A DNA stretch of 64,000 nt from an uncultured Bacteroidales bacterium (GCA_949296645.1 CASFPH010000001.1:10299-74298), one strand, 5' to 3'. Shown: positions 1 through 9,503, counted from the first letter of the stretch. The notes: generated from the letters alone by a model not told the origin. Numbers and translations: made by a program.

Positions 1-8
1 TCTCCTTA

Positions 9-428
9 TTATTCAACAAAATCTCTACGAACTACAAACTTGGTAGTTACCGGAAGCTTCTGAGCACCAAGACGGAGCGCTTCTTTCGCAACTTCCATCG
101 GAACGCCTTCCAATTCAATCAGCATTCGGCCGGGAGTTATAGGGCAAACGAATCCTTCAGGAGCACCCTTACCTTTACCCATACGAACCTCCGCAGGTTT
201 CTTTGTATAAGGCTTGTCAGGAAATACCCTGATCCAGATTTTACCCTCACGCTTCATGTAACGTACTACGGCCTGACGGGCAGCCTCGATCTGCTGACCT
301 GTCAACCAGCATGACTCAAGAGTCTTGATTCCAAATGAGCCGAACGACAACTGATTGCCCCTTTGGGCCAGCCCCTTCATGCGACCTTTCTGCTGTCTTC
401 TGAATTTGGTTTTCTTCGGTTGTAACAT
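9..428 (-). CDS. rplP: 50S ribosomal protein L16
   Basis: 139 aa. [31 protein letters not shown] is collinear with E. coli L16. ATG at 426-428, TAA at 9-11. Confidence 0.97.
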   Translation of the reverse strand: MLQPKKTKFRRQQKGRMKGLAQRGNQLSFGSFGIKTLESCWLTGQQIEAARQAVVRYMKREGKIWIRVFPDKPYTKKPAEVRMGKGKGAPEGFVCPITPGRMLIELEGVPMEVAKEALRLGAQKLPVTTKFVVRRDFVE

Positions 429-509
429 TGTCTTCTACAATTAACTTTATTTTTCTAACTTCCTCATCTTTAAACAAATAGGGTGTAACGGACCCTAAAA
501 GACGGGATG

Positions 510-517
510 CAAAGATA
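510..517 (-). promoter_or_regulatory. Bacteroidota -7 box TATCTTTG (TAnnTTTG) for rplP
   Basis: Plus-strand CAAAGATA equals TATCTTTG on the minus strand, about 80 nt upstream of the rplP ATG. It is part of the recurring 10-mer TATCTTTGCA. Confidence 0.55.
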
Positions 518-673
518 CAAAATAATCTGCAAATACAAATTTTTTTGCAACTTTTTACAAAAAAAAATGATAGTCAAAACAAATATTCTCATGAAGTTAC
601 AAAAATGGAAAAACTGAAAAACCGACAGTTTTCTACAAGAAAGGAATATGTTCTGGGTTTTCGCAAAATTGTT

Positions 674-681
674 TAATTTTG
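674..681 (+). promoter_or_regulatory. -7 box TAATTTTG for the DUF4294 gene
   Basis: Matches TAnnTTTG. Only 7 nt separate it from the ATG at 689, implying a leaderless or near-leaderless mRNA. Confidence 0.4.
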
Positions 682-688
682 ATGCCGC

Positions 689-1342
689 ATGAAAAATACA
701 GCCAAAATAGCGACTTATATCGCGATCAGCATGATCTTGTTCGCCATGCCTGCAATAATGCCTGCACAGGACAGGGACAAAAGCAGGATAATGGGATATA
801 TTGCAACCGGAAACGACACGCTGTATGTCGACAGAATCCCTGCCGTCTATTGTTTCGGAAGACCCGACAAGAGAAAAAGGGACAAGAACTGGAGAGAATA
901 CTACCGTACCGTATACAATTTCAACAAGGTCTATCCTTACGCGCTGAAAGCAAAAATAATCATAAATGACGCAGACTCCACGATCAGGGCACGGAACCTG
1001 AAAGGCAGCGAACGTGAAAAATACCTGAAATCCGTAGAAAAGCAACTGTTCAGGGAATTCGAGAAACCGATCCGCAACCTTACAATATCACAGGGGAAAA
1101 TGCTTATGAGACTAATAGAACGCGAATGCGGGCTGTCCTCATATTATATCATAAGGAACTACCGCGGAAAAGCAGCTGCAGGATTCTGGCAGGGAATAGC
1201 AAGGCTGTTCGGCTCCGACATGAAAAAGCCATATGACAGATTCGGAGAGGACAGAATTCTCGAAGAACTTGTAACCATGTACATGAACGGCAGCTTTCGC
1301 TACCTCTATATTTCAATTTTCGGAATGATCGATCAGCCTTAA
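689..1342 (+). CDS. DUF4294-like exported protein
   Basis: 217 aa with a signal-like N-terminus (IAISMILFAMPAIMPAQ). The blocks KVYPYA, LTISQGKMLMRLIERECG and FWQGIARLFG match my recollection of Pfam DUF4294. No known function. Confidence 0.6.
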   Translation: MKNTAKIATYIAISMILFAMPAIMPAQDRDKSRIMGYIATGNDTLYVDRIPAVYCFGRPDKRKRDKNWREYYRTVYNFNKVYPYALKAKIIINDADSTIRARNLKGSEREKYLKSVEKQLFREFEKPIRNLTISQGKMLMRLIERECGLSSYYIIRNYRGKAAAGFWQGIARLFGSDMKKPYDRFGEDRILEELVTMYMNGSFRYLYISIFGMIDQP

Positions 1343-2050
1343 CGACTTTCCGTCAAAAACGGCAGCACCGACACCGTACACCCATTCGCCGAGGATGCAT
1401 ATTGAAGAAGCATCTCCCACAGGTCTTATCTGAGGGGAATGAAAATGACCGAATACAAAATAATCCACATGTTTATTTTCAAGGACACTTTCAGCATAAG
1501 CGAAAACCGGAAGTCCGGAAACATCGATATGTGCAGGAGCTCCTCTTTTGAGTCTGTTGTGTCTGGACCAGCATCTGGCCAGTGCAAAAGCCCAGCGCGG
1601 ATGTATGGCACTGAACATCTTTTGCGCCGTTTTTGAATAGAAAACCGTCCTGAGAAGCTTGAAGCCGGCATCTATGGAACCCAATCCGTCACCGTGTCCC
1701 AGACAGAAGACAGAACCTTCGATATTGACGAACGACGGTTGCTCCAGAACCTTAAGACCTATCTCCTTCTCAAGATACCAGAACGTCCACAGATCATGGT
1801 TGCCCCTGAAATAATAAACCCGTATACCTTTGTCCACAAGGGAGGCAAGTGCGCCAAGGACCCGTACATAACCGGCAGGAACCACATATCTGTATTCATA
1901 CCAGAAATCAAATATATCTCCCAGCAGATACAGTGATTCAGTATCCTCCGGCAGACTTTTAAGAAAAGAGACAAAACGCCTCTCCCGCATCGCTGGAGAC
2001 ATATAGTCAAGACCTAAATGGACATCAGAAACGAAATAATGCAATGCCAT
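1313..2050 (-). CDS. lpxH: UDP-2,3-diacylglucosamine diphosphatase
   Basis: 245 aa with metallophosphoesterase motifs (SDVHLG, GDIFDFW, GNHD, GHGD, GHFH) collinear with E. coli LpxH. The 3' end overlaps the convergent DUF4294 gene by 30 nt. Confidence 0.85.
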   Translation of the reverse strand: MALHYFVSDVHLGLDYMSPAMRERRFVSFLKSLPEDTESLYLLGDIFDFWYEYRYVVPAGYVRVLGALASLVDKGIRVYYFRGNHDLWTFWYLEKEIGLKVLEQPSFVNIEGSVFCLGHGDGLGSIDAGFKLLRTVFYSKTAQKMFSAIHPRWAFALARCWSRHNRLKRGAPAHIDVSGLPVFAYAESVLENKHVDYFVFGHFHSPQIRPVGDASSICILGEWVYGVGAAVFDGKSLRLIDHSEN

Positions 2051-2062
2051 TCGAACCTATTG

Positions 2063-2848
2063 CTATATCAGGGAAAAAACAATGGACGCGATACCTACGC
2101 ACAGACAATATATGGAAAATATCCACAATTTTGCCTTTCGTACGATATTTATCATCAGTTTGCAGGCAAGCAATCCGGAAATGAAAGCGGCAGCACCTCC
2201 TGCAGCCAGCTGGCCTGCACCTACTCCTGCCGCCGAAGAGAAATCGCCTCCTAAAAGTTCCAGGAACGCCTCTCCAAGAATCGGAACCAGTACCATGAGG
2301 AACGAAAACTTTGCAATCTTAGGCTTGTCGATACCGAGAAGCAGCCCCGTAGCTATTGTAGAACCTGACCTTGAAAGGCCTGGAAGTACTGCACATGCCT
2401 GTGCTATTCCTACTATAAAAGCCTGCTTGTAACCTATATCGGAAGCCTTTGTCTTTATATGCTCGCTCAAATACAGAAGCAGTGAAGTTACAATCAGCAT
2501 TACTCCGACAACAGGAAGTCCTGCGCCGAAAATGCTTTCCACATAATCCTTAAAAAACACTCCTACAATAAAAACCGGAATCATCGATACGGCTATCTTG
2601 AGGACATACTCCGTTTCCTCGTTCATCCTGAATCTGAACACTCCGGATATCAGCGAGAATATATCCTTGTAGAAAACGACCAGAGTACTCAGAACGGTTG
2701 CCGCATGCACTACTATTTCGAAAGAAAGATCACCGGTCTCTATTCCCAAAAGTGTCTTGCCTATCACAAGATGTCCGCTGCTGCTTACGGGAAGGAATTC
2801 CGTCAGGCCCTGTACGAGCCCCAATACAATTGCATCTATATAATCCAT
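2063..2848 (-). CDS. uppP: undecaprenyl-diphosphate phosphatase
   Basis: 261 aa polytopic protein with the BacA/UppP signature GLVQGLTEFLPVSSSGHL and a PGLSRSGSTI block. Confidence 0.93.
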   Translation of the reverse strand: MDYIDAIVLGLVQGLTEFLPVSSSGHLVIGKTLLGIETGDLSFEIVVHAATVLSTLVVFYKDIFSLISGVFRFRMNEETEYVLKIAVSMIPVFIVGVFFKDYVESIFGAGLPVVGVMLIVTSLLLYLSEHIKTKASDIGYKQAFIVGIAQACAVLPGLSRSGSTIATGLLLGIDKPKIAKFSFLMVLVPILGEAFLELLGGDFSSAAGVGAGQLAAGGAAAFISGLLACKLMINIVRKAKLWIFSIYCLCVGIASIVFSLI

Positions 2849-3078
2849 CTCCTATTTTTTTTGGAAGGTCTGTGCAGGACAGCGTATATTTCAAGCACGA
2901 AGCCGGCTATTATAAGCAGCGGAGCCACAGTAATTCTCAAGGGGCTGAATATCTCCGGATTGAAGACAGCCGGATCATCGCTTCCGCCACCCGCCATAAG
3001 GACATAGCCGACAATTATTATTACAAGGCCTATGATAATCAGCCTGACATTTTTCTCTGGGACTGCAAATCTATCCAT
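2836..3078 (-). CDS. DUF3098-like small membrane protein
   Basis: 80 aa with two TM helices. It sits between ftsX and uppP, as in other Bacteroidota (from memory), and overlaps the uppP start by 13 nt. Confidence 0.6.
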   Translation of the reverse strand: MDRFAVPEKNVRLIIIGLVIIIVGYVLMAGGGSDDPAVFNPEIFSPLRITVAPLLIIAGFVLEIYAVLHRPSKKNRRWII

Positions 3079-3079
3079 A

Positions 3080-3955
3080 TCAAATATACAATTTGTTTTT
3101 ACTCATATCAACCATCCTGTTCACCACAAAATAGGTGGAGACCAGACAAAGCACCATACCGAGAAGTACCGTGCCTGCAAAAACCGCCAGAATCCTTTCC
3201 GTGTCGAAAACATCGAATATCTGGGTAAACTCGTTCCTAAGCAGATACATCAGCAGTACCATATATATGACTGCAAGAAGACCGGCTATAAGGCCCTGCA
3301 ATATTGCCTTGTACAGAAAAGGAGCCCTTATGAAGGCCTTCGTGGCGCCGACCATCCTCATTGTATGAACAGTGAACCTCTTTGAATATACGTTCAACCT
3401 TACGGTATTGTTTATCAGAACGAAGGATATGAACATGAGCATACACGTAAGAATCACGAAAACCATTCCTATCTTTTCCATGTTGGAATTTATGATTCCT
3501 ACCAGGGACTCCTGATAGACAAGGTCTTCTATCTGGGGATCCGCTTCAAGCTCCCGTTCTATCATTTTCAGGCTGTCAGCATGGAAATAACCTGCCTTAA
3601 GAAATATCTCGATGGATACCGGAACAGGATTCACGTCAAAAACGCTCATGAAATTCTCCCCCAGCATCGCCTTCATCTCTTCAGTACCCTGCTCCTTGGA
3701 AATATACTCCATATCAGACACATACGGTCTGCTCTTCAAAGTGGCCATAAGCTTGCTGGCCGTAAGTTCATCCGCGCCGTCTTCCAGCACCGCCGTGACA
3801 CGTATGTTCTCCTTGAAATAATCGGATACGGCTCTGGCATTCACGGCAAGCACGGAAACAAGCCCGACGAGAAGAAGGACCAGACTTATGCTTATCACGG
3901 AAGAAAGATAAGACTGCACGATTCTCGCCGTCATTATGTTTTTTTCCTTACTCAT
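3080..3955 (-). CDS. ftsX: FtsX-like cell-division permease
   Basis: 291 aa. One N-terminal TM, a periplasmic domain, then three C-terminal TMs (FtsX fold). Its stop is 1 nt from the DUF3098 start. Confidence 0.8.
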   Translation of the reverse strand: MSKEKNIMTARIVQSYLSSVISISLVLLLVGLVSVLAVNARAVSDYFKENIRVTAVLEDGADELTASKLMATLKSRPYVSDMEYISKEQGTEEMKAMLGENFMSVFDVNPVPVSIEIFLKAGYFHADSLKMIERELEADPQIEDLVYQESLVGIINSNMEKIGMVFVILTCMLMFISFVLINNTVRLNVYSKRFTVHTMRMVGATKAFIRAPFLYKAILQGLIAGLLAVIYMVLLMYLLRNEFTQIFDVFDTERILAVFAGTVLLGMVLCLVSTYFVVNRMVDMSKNKLYI

Positions 3956-4026
3956 AGCCTACTGTACAAGATATTAGAATTGTCAAAGATATACAAATTC
4001 CATTTACCTCCTCAAAAAAATTTTAC

Positions 4027-4034
4027 TATCTTTG
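4027..4034 (+). promoter_or_regulatory. -7 box TATCTTTG
   Basis: TATCTTTGCA at 4027-4036, 48 nt upstream of the ATG at 4083. Confidence 0.5.
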
Positions 4035-4082
4035 CAGACGATATTCCGTTTTCTACGGATTATTCAAAGAACAACGTCACTT

Positions 4083-4901
4083 ATGAAAGAGGAACCTGTA
4101 AGAATTTTATTCATCAATTCGGAAATAACCCCTTATCTTCCGGAAAACCGTATGTCGAAAATAGGAAGATTCCTGCCACAGGGCATACAGGAAAGAGGAA
4201 AGGAAATCAGATCGTTCATGCCAAGATACGGGTGCATAAACGAACGCAGAAACCAGCTTCATGAAGTCATCAGACTTTCGGGCATGAACATCGTAATCAA
4301 CGATATCGACCGTCCCCTGATCATCAAGGTTTCTTCCATTCCTTCAGCGAGGATGCAGGTATATTTCATCGACAACGATGACTATTTCCACAGAAAGTTC
4401 ATCTATACCGATGCTGACGGCAACTTCTTCGACGACAATGATGAACGCGCAATCTTCTTCGCAAGAGGCGTGCTTGAAACAGTCAAGAAACTGAGATGGA
4501 AACCGGACATAATCCACTGCCAGGGCTGGATAACGCACCTGATTCCAGCTTTTCTGAGGACAACATACAAGGACGACCCAATCTTTGAGGAAACCAGGAT
4601 AATTCTCTCGCTCTTCGATGAAGGTGAAAAAATACATTTCAATTTCGATTTCTCAGAAAAGACTGATTTACAGGAAATTGACAAGAAAGAACTCAAAGTT
4701 CTTGATGGTTGTGACGGAAAAGGCCTCACAAAATTCGCTTTGAAATACACAAATGGAGCAATTATTGCAGACGACAATATAGACGGGGAGATAACATCGT
4801 ACCTGAAGTCATCCGGAATGCCTGCACTGAGCTGCACTGAAACGGATGACAGCTATATTGACAAATACAACGACTTCTACGACAAAATACTGAACAAATG
4901 A
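4083..4901 (+). CDS. glycogen/starch synthase-like protein, N-terminal GT5 half only
   Basis: 272 aa from the ATG at 4083; the track ORF starts at a TTG inside the promoter box. VRILFINSEITPY..FMPRYG..HCQGW is collinear with the N-terminal Rossmann half of GlgA. No C-terminal half is present. Confidence 0.7.
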   Translation: MKEEPVRILFINSEITPYLPENRMSKIGRFLPQGIQERGKEIRSFMPRYGCINERRNQLHEVIRLSGMNIVINDIDRPLIIKVSSIPSARMQVYFIDNDDYFHRKFIYTDADGNFFDDNDERAIFFARGVLETVKKLRWKPDIIHCQGWITHLIPAFLRTTYKDDPIFEETRIILSLFDEGEKIHFNFDFSEKTDLQEIDKKELKVLDGCDGKGLTKFALKYTNGAIIADDNIDGEITSYLKSSGMPALSCTETDDSYIDKYNDFYDKILNK

Positions 4902-6292
4902 TTAAAAAAGGCATAATCCTTATTTCATCTGCAGTAATGGCGGCTGCCTCCTGCATAACAAACGACAGAACTATGGGAAGTTCCTTCATTCCCGAAGACC
5001 AGATAATGAAGGTAAAGACAGCAAGTTTCGATCTGCCTGTATCCATGGCTGCTCCTGACAGTCTTACATCCCTCAATACATCCTATGTTACGGTAGGAAG
5101 CATCAATCATGAAGTTCTCGGCAAGACAAACATAGGCTCCGCAGTATTTTTTCTGCCGGTAGCCGACTCTCTCGAATTCGGTAACAGTCCCGAACCTGTA
5201 AGATTCTACATAGAACTTGAAAAAAGTTCTTCAGGCAACATATGGATAAACGACAACTCCGAATTCATACCACAGAACATCTACATTCACAAAATGAAGA
5301 AAACTATCCTCGACGAGGACAAATTATACTATAACGTATCCCTTAAACCGGAAGATTACGAAGAGACATCCATAAACGCAAGTTCACCAGTTTATTTCGG
5401 AGGGGATTCACTGAGGATCAACCTTTCTCTTGATTATGCAAGGGAAATACTTGCAACACCGCAAAAGGAACTCGACAGTCTGCCTCTGTTCGTAAAACGT
5501 CACAAAGGGCTGTACATAAGTGCTGCAGACCTACCTCAAAATCTGTATGGAGGGAGAATAAACAATTTCGCATTCAGTTCTACCGCATACCTCAAATATT
5601 CCTATATACCAGAAGGCAAAACGGAGAGAAGGGACACGATGGCTTCATTCAGAATATACGGCAATGTCTCGTCAGCATACTGCAGGACATTCGGCAATTA
5701 CGGTTCCCATGCACTCGCATCGTCTTCTACGAATTCAGAAAACATATATGCGGAAGGTATTTCAGGCATAAAACCTTATATCCAGGCATCCGAAATAAAG
5801 AAGATACTGACCAAAATAGCAGAAAAGGAATCTGAAGAAACCGGAAAACAACTGACTGAAAAAAACATACTGATCGCAAGAGCCTCTATAATACTGCCGA
5901 TAGACAATGTGATCGATGATTACGAATTCGTCAATACATACCCGACTCAATTGTTTCCATGCTACAAGGGCCGCACCACGACCGACTCTGTATACTACAG
6001 CGTATATCCGGAAATATCAAATACCAGCGCGGAAACCGGATCACTGAACAGATCCCTGGCACACTACAAATGCGACATGACATATCATGTCTCAGACCTG
6101 AAAAACAAGGACGCCGAAAAAATAACAGATTCGGACAATATCTGGCTTTTCCCTATCTACACGGCTCAGGACATATACGGAAACACTTCATACTATCCGA
6201 ATACCTACACCTACTATTACCAGATATTGAATGGAAACGGTGCGGAAAGAAAACCTGAACTGAAAATCGTGTATGCTGTAATAGAAGAGTAA
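4898..6292 (+). CDS. DUF4270-like lipoprotein
   Basis: 464 aa with a lipobox-like LISSAVMAAASC. ATGA start/stop overlap with the upstream gene. The family name is from my memory of the conserved Bacteroidota pairing. Confidence 0.5.
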   Translation: MIKKGIILISSAVMAAASCITNDRTMGSSFIPEDQIMKVKTASFDLPVSMAAPDSLTSLNTSYVTVGSINHEVLGKTNIGSAVFFLPVADSLEFGNSPEPVRFYIELEKSSSGNIWINDNSEFIPQNIYIHKMKKTILDEDKLYYNVSLKPEDYEETSINASSPVYFGGDSLRINLSLDYAREILATPQKELDSLPLFVKRHKGLYISAADLPQNLYGGRINNFAFSSTAYLKYSYIPEGKTERRDTMASFRIYGNVSSAYCRTFGNYGSHALASSSTNSENIYAEGISGIKPYIQASEIKKILTKIAEKESEETGKQLTEKNILIARASIILPIDNVIDDYEFVNTYPTQLFPCYKGRTTTDSVYYSVYPEISNTSAETGSLNRSLAHYKCDMTYHVSDLKNKDAEKITDSDNIWLFPIYTAQDIYGNTSYYPNTYTYYYQILNGNGAERKPELKIVYAVIEE

Positions 6293-6321
6293 TTTCCGGA
6301 CCAACCGGAACCTGCATAAAT

Positions 6322-6359
6322 AAAATCGGGGCGTATCCGCTTGATACAGCCCCGATTTT
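6322..6359. terminator. bidirectional hairpin terminator
   Basis: An 11-bp perfect stem AAAATCGGGGC/GCCCCGATTTT with A/T flanks, between the convergent DUF4270 and fabF genes. Confidence 0.7.
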
Positions 6360-6382
6360 ATTTACGACAATTGCAGATATTA

Positions 6383-7633
6383 CTACAATTTCTTGAACAG
6401 AAGGCAGCTGTTGTGACCGCCGAAACCGAAAGTATTGTTCATGGCTACTTTGACCTCACGCTTCTGTGCCTTGTTCAATGTAAGATTCAGCTTATAATCG
6501 ATTTCAGGATCCTCTTCCGTGAAATTAATCGTAGGAGGCACGATACCCGAATTCATTGCATGAATACAAGCCAGAGCCTCAATGGCACCGGCAGCACCCA
6601 GAAGATGCCCGGTCATTGATTTTGTCGAACTTATATTCAACTTATATGCATGGTCCCCGAAGACTTTCTTAACCGCCTTCAGCTCAGCAATATCTCCAAG
6701 AGGAGTCGAAGTACCGTGTACATTTATGTAGTCCACGTCTTCAGGCTTCAGACCTGCATCTTCCAGTGCAAGTTTCATGACATTGATTGCGCCCAGTCCT
6801 TCAGGATGCGGAGCAGTAATATGATAGGCATCAGCCGTCATGGCCGTTCCGGCTACCTCCGCATATATCTTGGCACCTCTTGCAAGAGCATGTTCGTATT
6901 CTTCGAAAATAAGCATTCCTGCTCCTTCTCCCATGACAAACCCGTCTCTGGTTTTGTCAAAAGGACGTGAAGCTGTCCTGTAATTTTCATTGTTTGTAGA
7001 AAGCGCCTGCGCCGAATTGAATCCGCCCAGGCTTGGAATCGAGATTCCCGCTTCTGAACCACCTGTAACTATTATATCCGCCTTCCCCAGACGTATCAGG
7101 TTCAAGGCGTCCCCCATGGCATGGGAAGATGACGCACAGGCCGATACTGTCGCATAATTGGGACCGCAAAAACCATATTTCATGGAAATCAGACCTGCAG
7201 CAATGTCAGGTATCATCTTCGGAACGAGAAAAGGACTGAAACGCGGAGTTCCGTCTCCATTTACGAAATCAGTCACTTCGTTGGACAAAGTGTTTATTCC
7301 GCCGATTCCTGAACCGACAATGACTCCTACCCTGTCCAAATCTATATTCTTCAGATCCAGATTGCTGTCGTTGATAGCTTCTTCCGTTGCAATCATGGCA
7401 TACTGTGAAAAGAGGTCCATCTTACGCTCCTCCTTCCTGTCTATGCCGAATTTTGCCGGTGAATAATCCTTGATCTGACAAGCGAATTTAGTCTTAAAGA
7501 GTGTGGTATCAAAACGGGTTATCATTTCGGCACCGCTTACTCCTGCATCAAGATTGGAAAAATATTCTTCAGCCTTGTGTCCGAGAGGATTGATGGTACC
7601 TATACCAGTGACTACTACCCTTTTCAATTGCAT
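6383..7633 (-). CDS. fabF: beta-ketoacyl-ACP synthase II
   Basis: 416 aa with RVVVTGIG, active-site ACASS, the HGTSTP and GHLLGAAG blocks, and FGFGGHN at the C-terminus. Confidence 0.95.
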   Translation of the reverse strand: MQLKRVVVTGIGTINPLGHKAEEYFSNLDAGVSGAEMITRFDTTLFKTKFACQIKDYSPAKFGIDRKEERKMDLFSQYAMIATEEAINDSNLDLKNIDLDRVGVIVGSGIGGINTLSNEVTDFVNGDGTPRFSPFLVPKMIPDIAAGLISMKYGFCGPNYATVSACASSSHAMGDALNLIRLGKADIIVTGGSEAGISIPSLGGFNSAQALSTNNENYRTASRPFDKTRDGFVMGEGAGMLIFEEYEHALARGAKIYAEVAGTAMTADAYHITAPHPEGLGAINVMKLALEDAGLKPEDVDYINVHGTSTPLGDIAELKAVKKVFGDHAYKLNISSTKSMTGHLLGAAGAIEALACIHAMNSGIVPPTINFTEEDPEIDYKLNLTLNKAQKREVKVAMNNTFGFGGHNSCLLFKKL

Positions 7634-7715
7634 AAATCCGTTATTTTAAATTAATAATGACCGACTACATACAAAATATAGCCGGTCCAACTGTTTTCAA
7701 ATCCAAAAAAAGTTA

Positions 7716-7952
7716 TTACTTGGTTTTCTCTTCTATATAAGAGATAGCATCTCCCACAGTAGCGATTTTTTCTGCAGCTTCATCCGGAATGGTTATGCCG
7801 AATGCCTTTTCAAATTCCATAATCAGCTCTACAGTATCAAGAGAATCTGCACCCAGGTCATTTGTGAAGCTAGCTTCTGGAGTAACTTCATTTTCGTCAA
7901 CACCCAATTTGTCAACGATAATGGCCTTAACTTTTGAAGTGATTTCTGCCAT
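7716..7952 (-). CDS. acpP: acyl carrier protein
   Basis: 78 aa with the phosphopantetheine site [16 protein letters not shown]. Confidence 0.97.
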   Translation of the reverse strand: MAEITSKVKAIIVDKLGVDENEVTPEASFTNDLGADSLDTVELIMEFEKAFGITIPDEAAEKIATVGDAISYIEEKTK

Positions 7953-8152
7953 AATTAAAAAATATTAGTTAATAATTGATTTTTGTTCATAACAAAACTG
8001 ACTGCAAAAAAAGTAATTTTTTTTGAATTATGAAAATAATCCGGTTCATTTTTAACATATTCATCTTGTTCTCAAGTTATTATTTTTACACTTGATACAC
8101 CCGGGAATTTGCATAAAAGCGTTTCTGCCATAGATAAAACGCCATAATTGCT

Positions 8153-8160
8153 TATCTTTG
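8153..8160 (+). promoter_or_regulatory. -7 box TATCTTTG for purN
   Basis: TATCTTTGCA at 8153-8162, 14 nt before the ATG at 8175. The track's TTG start at 8148 lies upstream of the box and is therefore unlikely. Confidence 0.5.
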
Positions 8161-8174
8161 CAATCAAAAACAAA

Positions 8175-8753
8175 ATGAAAAGAATAGCGATTTTCGTCTC
8201 CGGTTCAGGAACAAATGCAGAAAACATAATCAGACACTTCAACTACGACAAGGAATACGGCAGTTACGCAAAGGTCGAACTTGTTCTCTCAAACAGACCC
8301 GATGCATATGCCATTACCAGAGCCTGCAGACTGGAAGTTCCTTCCTTCGTGTTTACGGCAGACATGCTGAAATCAGGAACGGTTTCCGAAATACTCGGTC
8401 TATATAAAATCGACATCATAATACTGGCAGGCTTCCTTCTCAAAATTCCCGACAGGATAATATCCGATTTCGAAAACAGGATAATAAACATACATCCCGC
8501 CCTGCTTCCGGCATACGGAGGAAAAGGAATGTACGGACACCACGTACATGAAGCCGTCATACGCGCCGGTGAAAAGGAAAGCGGCATAACCGTACATCTT
8601 GCTAACGGAAAATACGATGATGGAACAATTCTGTTCCAGGCAAAATGCAATATCGCGGAACACGATGATGCAGAATCACTTGCCGGAAAAATCCATGAAC
8701 TTGAACAAAGATATTTTCCGGAAGTGATACTTAACTACATAAAAGGCATCTGA
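8175..8753 (+). CDS. purN: phosphoribosylglycinamide formyltransferase
   Basis: 192 aa with RIAIFVSGSGTNAENII, NIHPALLP and the GxTVH block typical of PurN. Confidence 0.9.
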   Translation: MKRIAIFVSGSGTNAENIIRHFNYDKEYGSYAKVELVLSNRPDAYAITRACRLEVPSFVFTADMLKSGTVSEILGLYKIDIIILAGFLLKIPDRIISDFENRIINIHPALLPAYGGKGMYGHHVHEAVIRAGEKESGITVHLANGKYDDGTILFQAKCNIAEHDDAESLAGKIHELEQRYFPEVILNYIKGI

Positions 8754-8773
8754 AAATACCAACGGTGGAAATC

Positions 8774-9337
8774 TTACCAACCGTTATAGTGCACCCTTTC
8801 CGGATTCCACTTGTCCTTCGGTGCATTGTCCCTGTCTGGGTAACCTAAAGGAATAACGCACAACGGAAGATACTGTTCCGGAACAGAAAGAACTGACATT
8901 ACGGCATTGATTCTGTCTTCATACGGATATGCCGCCGTCCATACGGCACCAAGCCCCATTGATTCAGCGGCAAGAAGGATATTTTCAGTAGCTGCCGAAC
9001 AGTCATACATCCACAGGGATGACTTTTCAGGATCTCCGAACACTATGATTGCGGCAGGCGCGTTGGAAAGCATTTTTGCATAAGGCAGTTCCGAAGCCAG
9101 CCTGTTCTTCAGTTCCTTGTCGGTAAGTACGACAAAATGCCACGGCTGCAGATTTCTCGCTGTCGGTGCGGCCATCCCGGCCCTGACAAGAATATCAAGT
9201 GTATCACGGCTGACATCAATATTCTTATAGGTCCTGACACTCTTCCTCTGGAAAATATTTTCAACCACAGGATTCACTGCCTGAGCCGGACACAGGAAAG
9301 GCAGTGACAAAAACAATAAAACAACAAATGATCTCAT
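8774..9337 (-). CDS. nitroreductase-family protein with an N-terminal signal peptide
   Basis: 187 aa from the ATG at 9337; the track start at 9364 is a TTG. Signal-like MRSFVVLLFLSLPFLCPAQA, then a nitroreductase fold (RKSVRTY..APTARNLQPW..). Confidence 0.8.
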   Translation of the reverse strand: MRSFVVLLFLSLPFLCPAQAVNPVVENIFQRKSVRTYKNIDVSRDTLDILVRAGMAAPTARNLQPWHFVVLTDKELKNRLASELPYAKMLSNAPAAIIVFGDPEKSSLWMYDCSAATENILLAAESMGLGAVWTAAYPYEDRINAVMSVLSVPEQYLPLCVIPLGYPDRDNAPKDKWNPERVHYNGW

Positions 9338-9398
9338 GATTTTTATTTTTAATAAGCCTACCAAATTTAAAATTTTTTTTGATATGATATAAAATCAC

Positions 9399-9406
9399 TA
9401 TATTTG
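9399..9406 (+). promoter_or_regulatory. -7 box TATATTTG for the tRNA-Gly/Leu unit
   Basis: Matches TAnnTTTG, 16 nt upstream of the tRNA-Gly 5' end. Confidence 0.5.
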
Positions 9407-9422
9407 CAACCTGAAATTTTTT

Positions 9423-9495
9423 GCGGAAGTAGCTCAGTCGGTAGAGCATCAGCCTTCCAAGCTGAGGGTCGCGGGTTCGAACCTCGTCTTCCGCT
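9423..9495 (+). tRNA. tRNA-Gly (anticodon TCC)
   Basis: 73 nt cloverleaf folded by hand. Acceptor GCGGAAG/CTTCCGC, anticodon loop CTTCCAA, T-loop TTCGAAC. Confidence 0.9.
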
Positions 9496-9503
9496 CGAAT
9501 GGA

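Noticed and set aside
470-1045. A 191-aa minus-strand ORF spanning the rplP upstream region and the 5' part of the DUF4294 gene.
   Set aside because: Low-complexity F/C/V-rich translation with no recognisable motif. It runs antisense to a well-supported gene and across two promoter boxes, so it is most likely a chance open frame.
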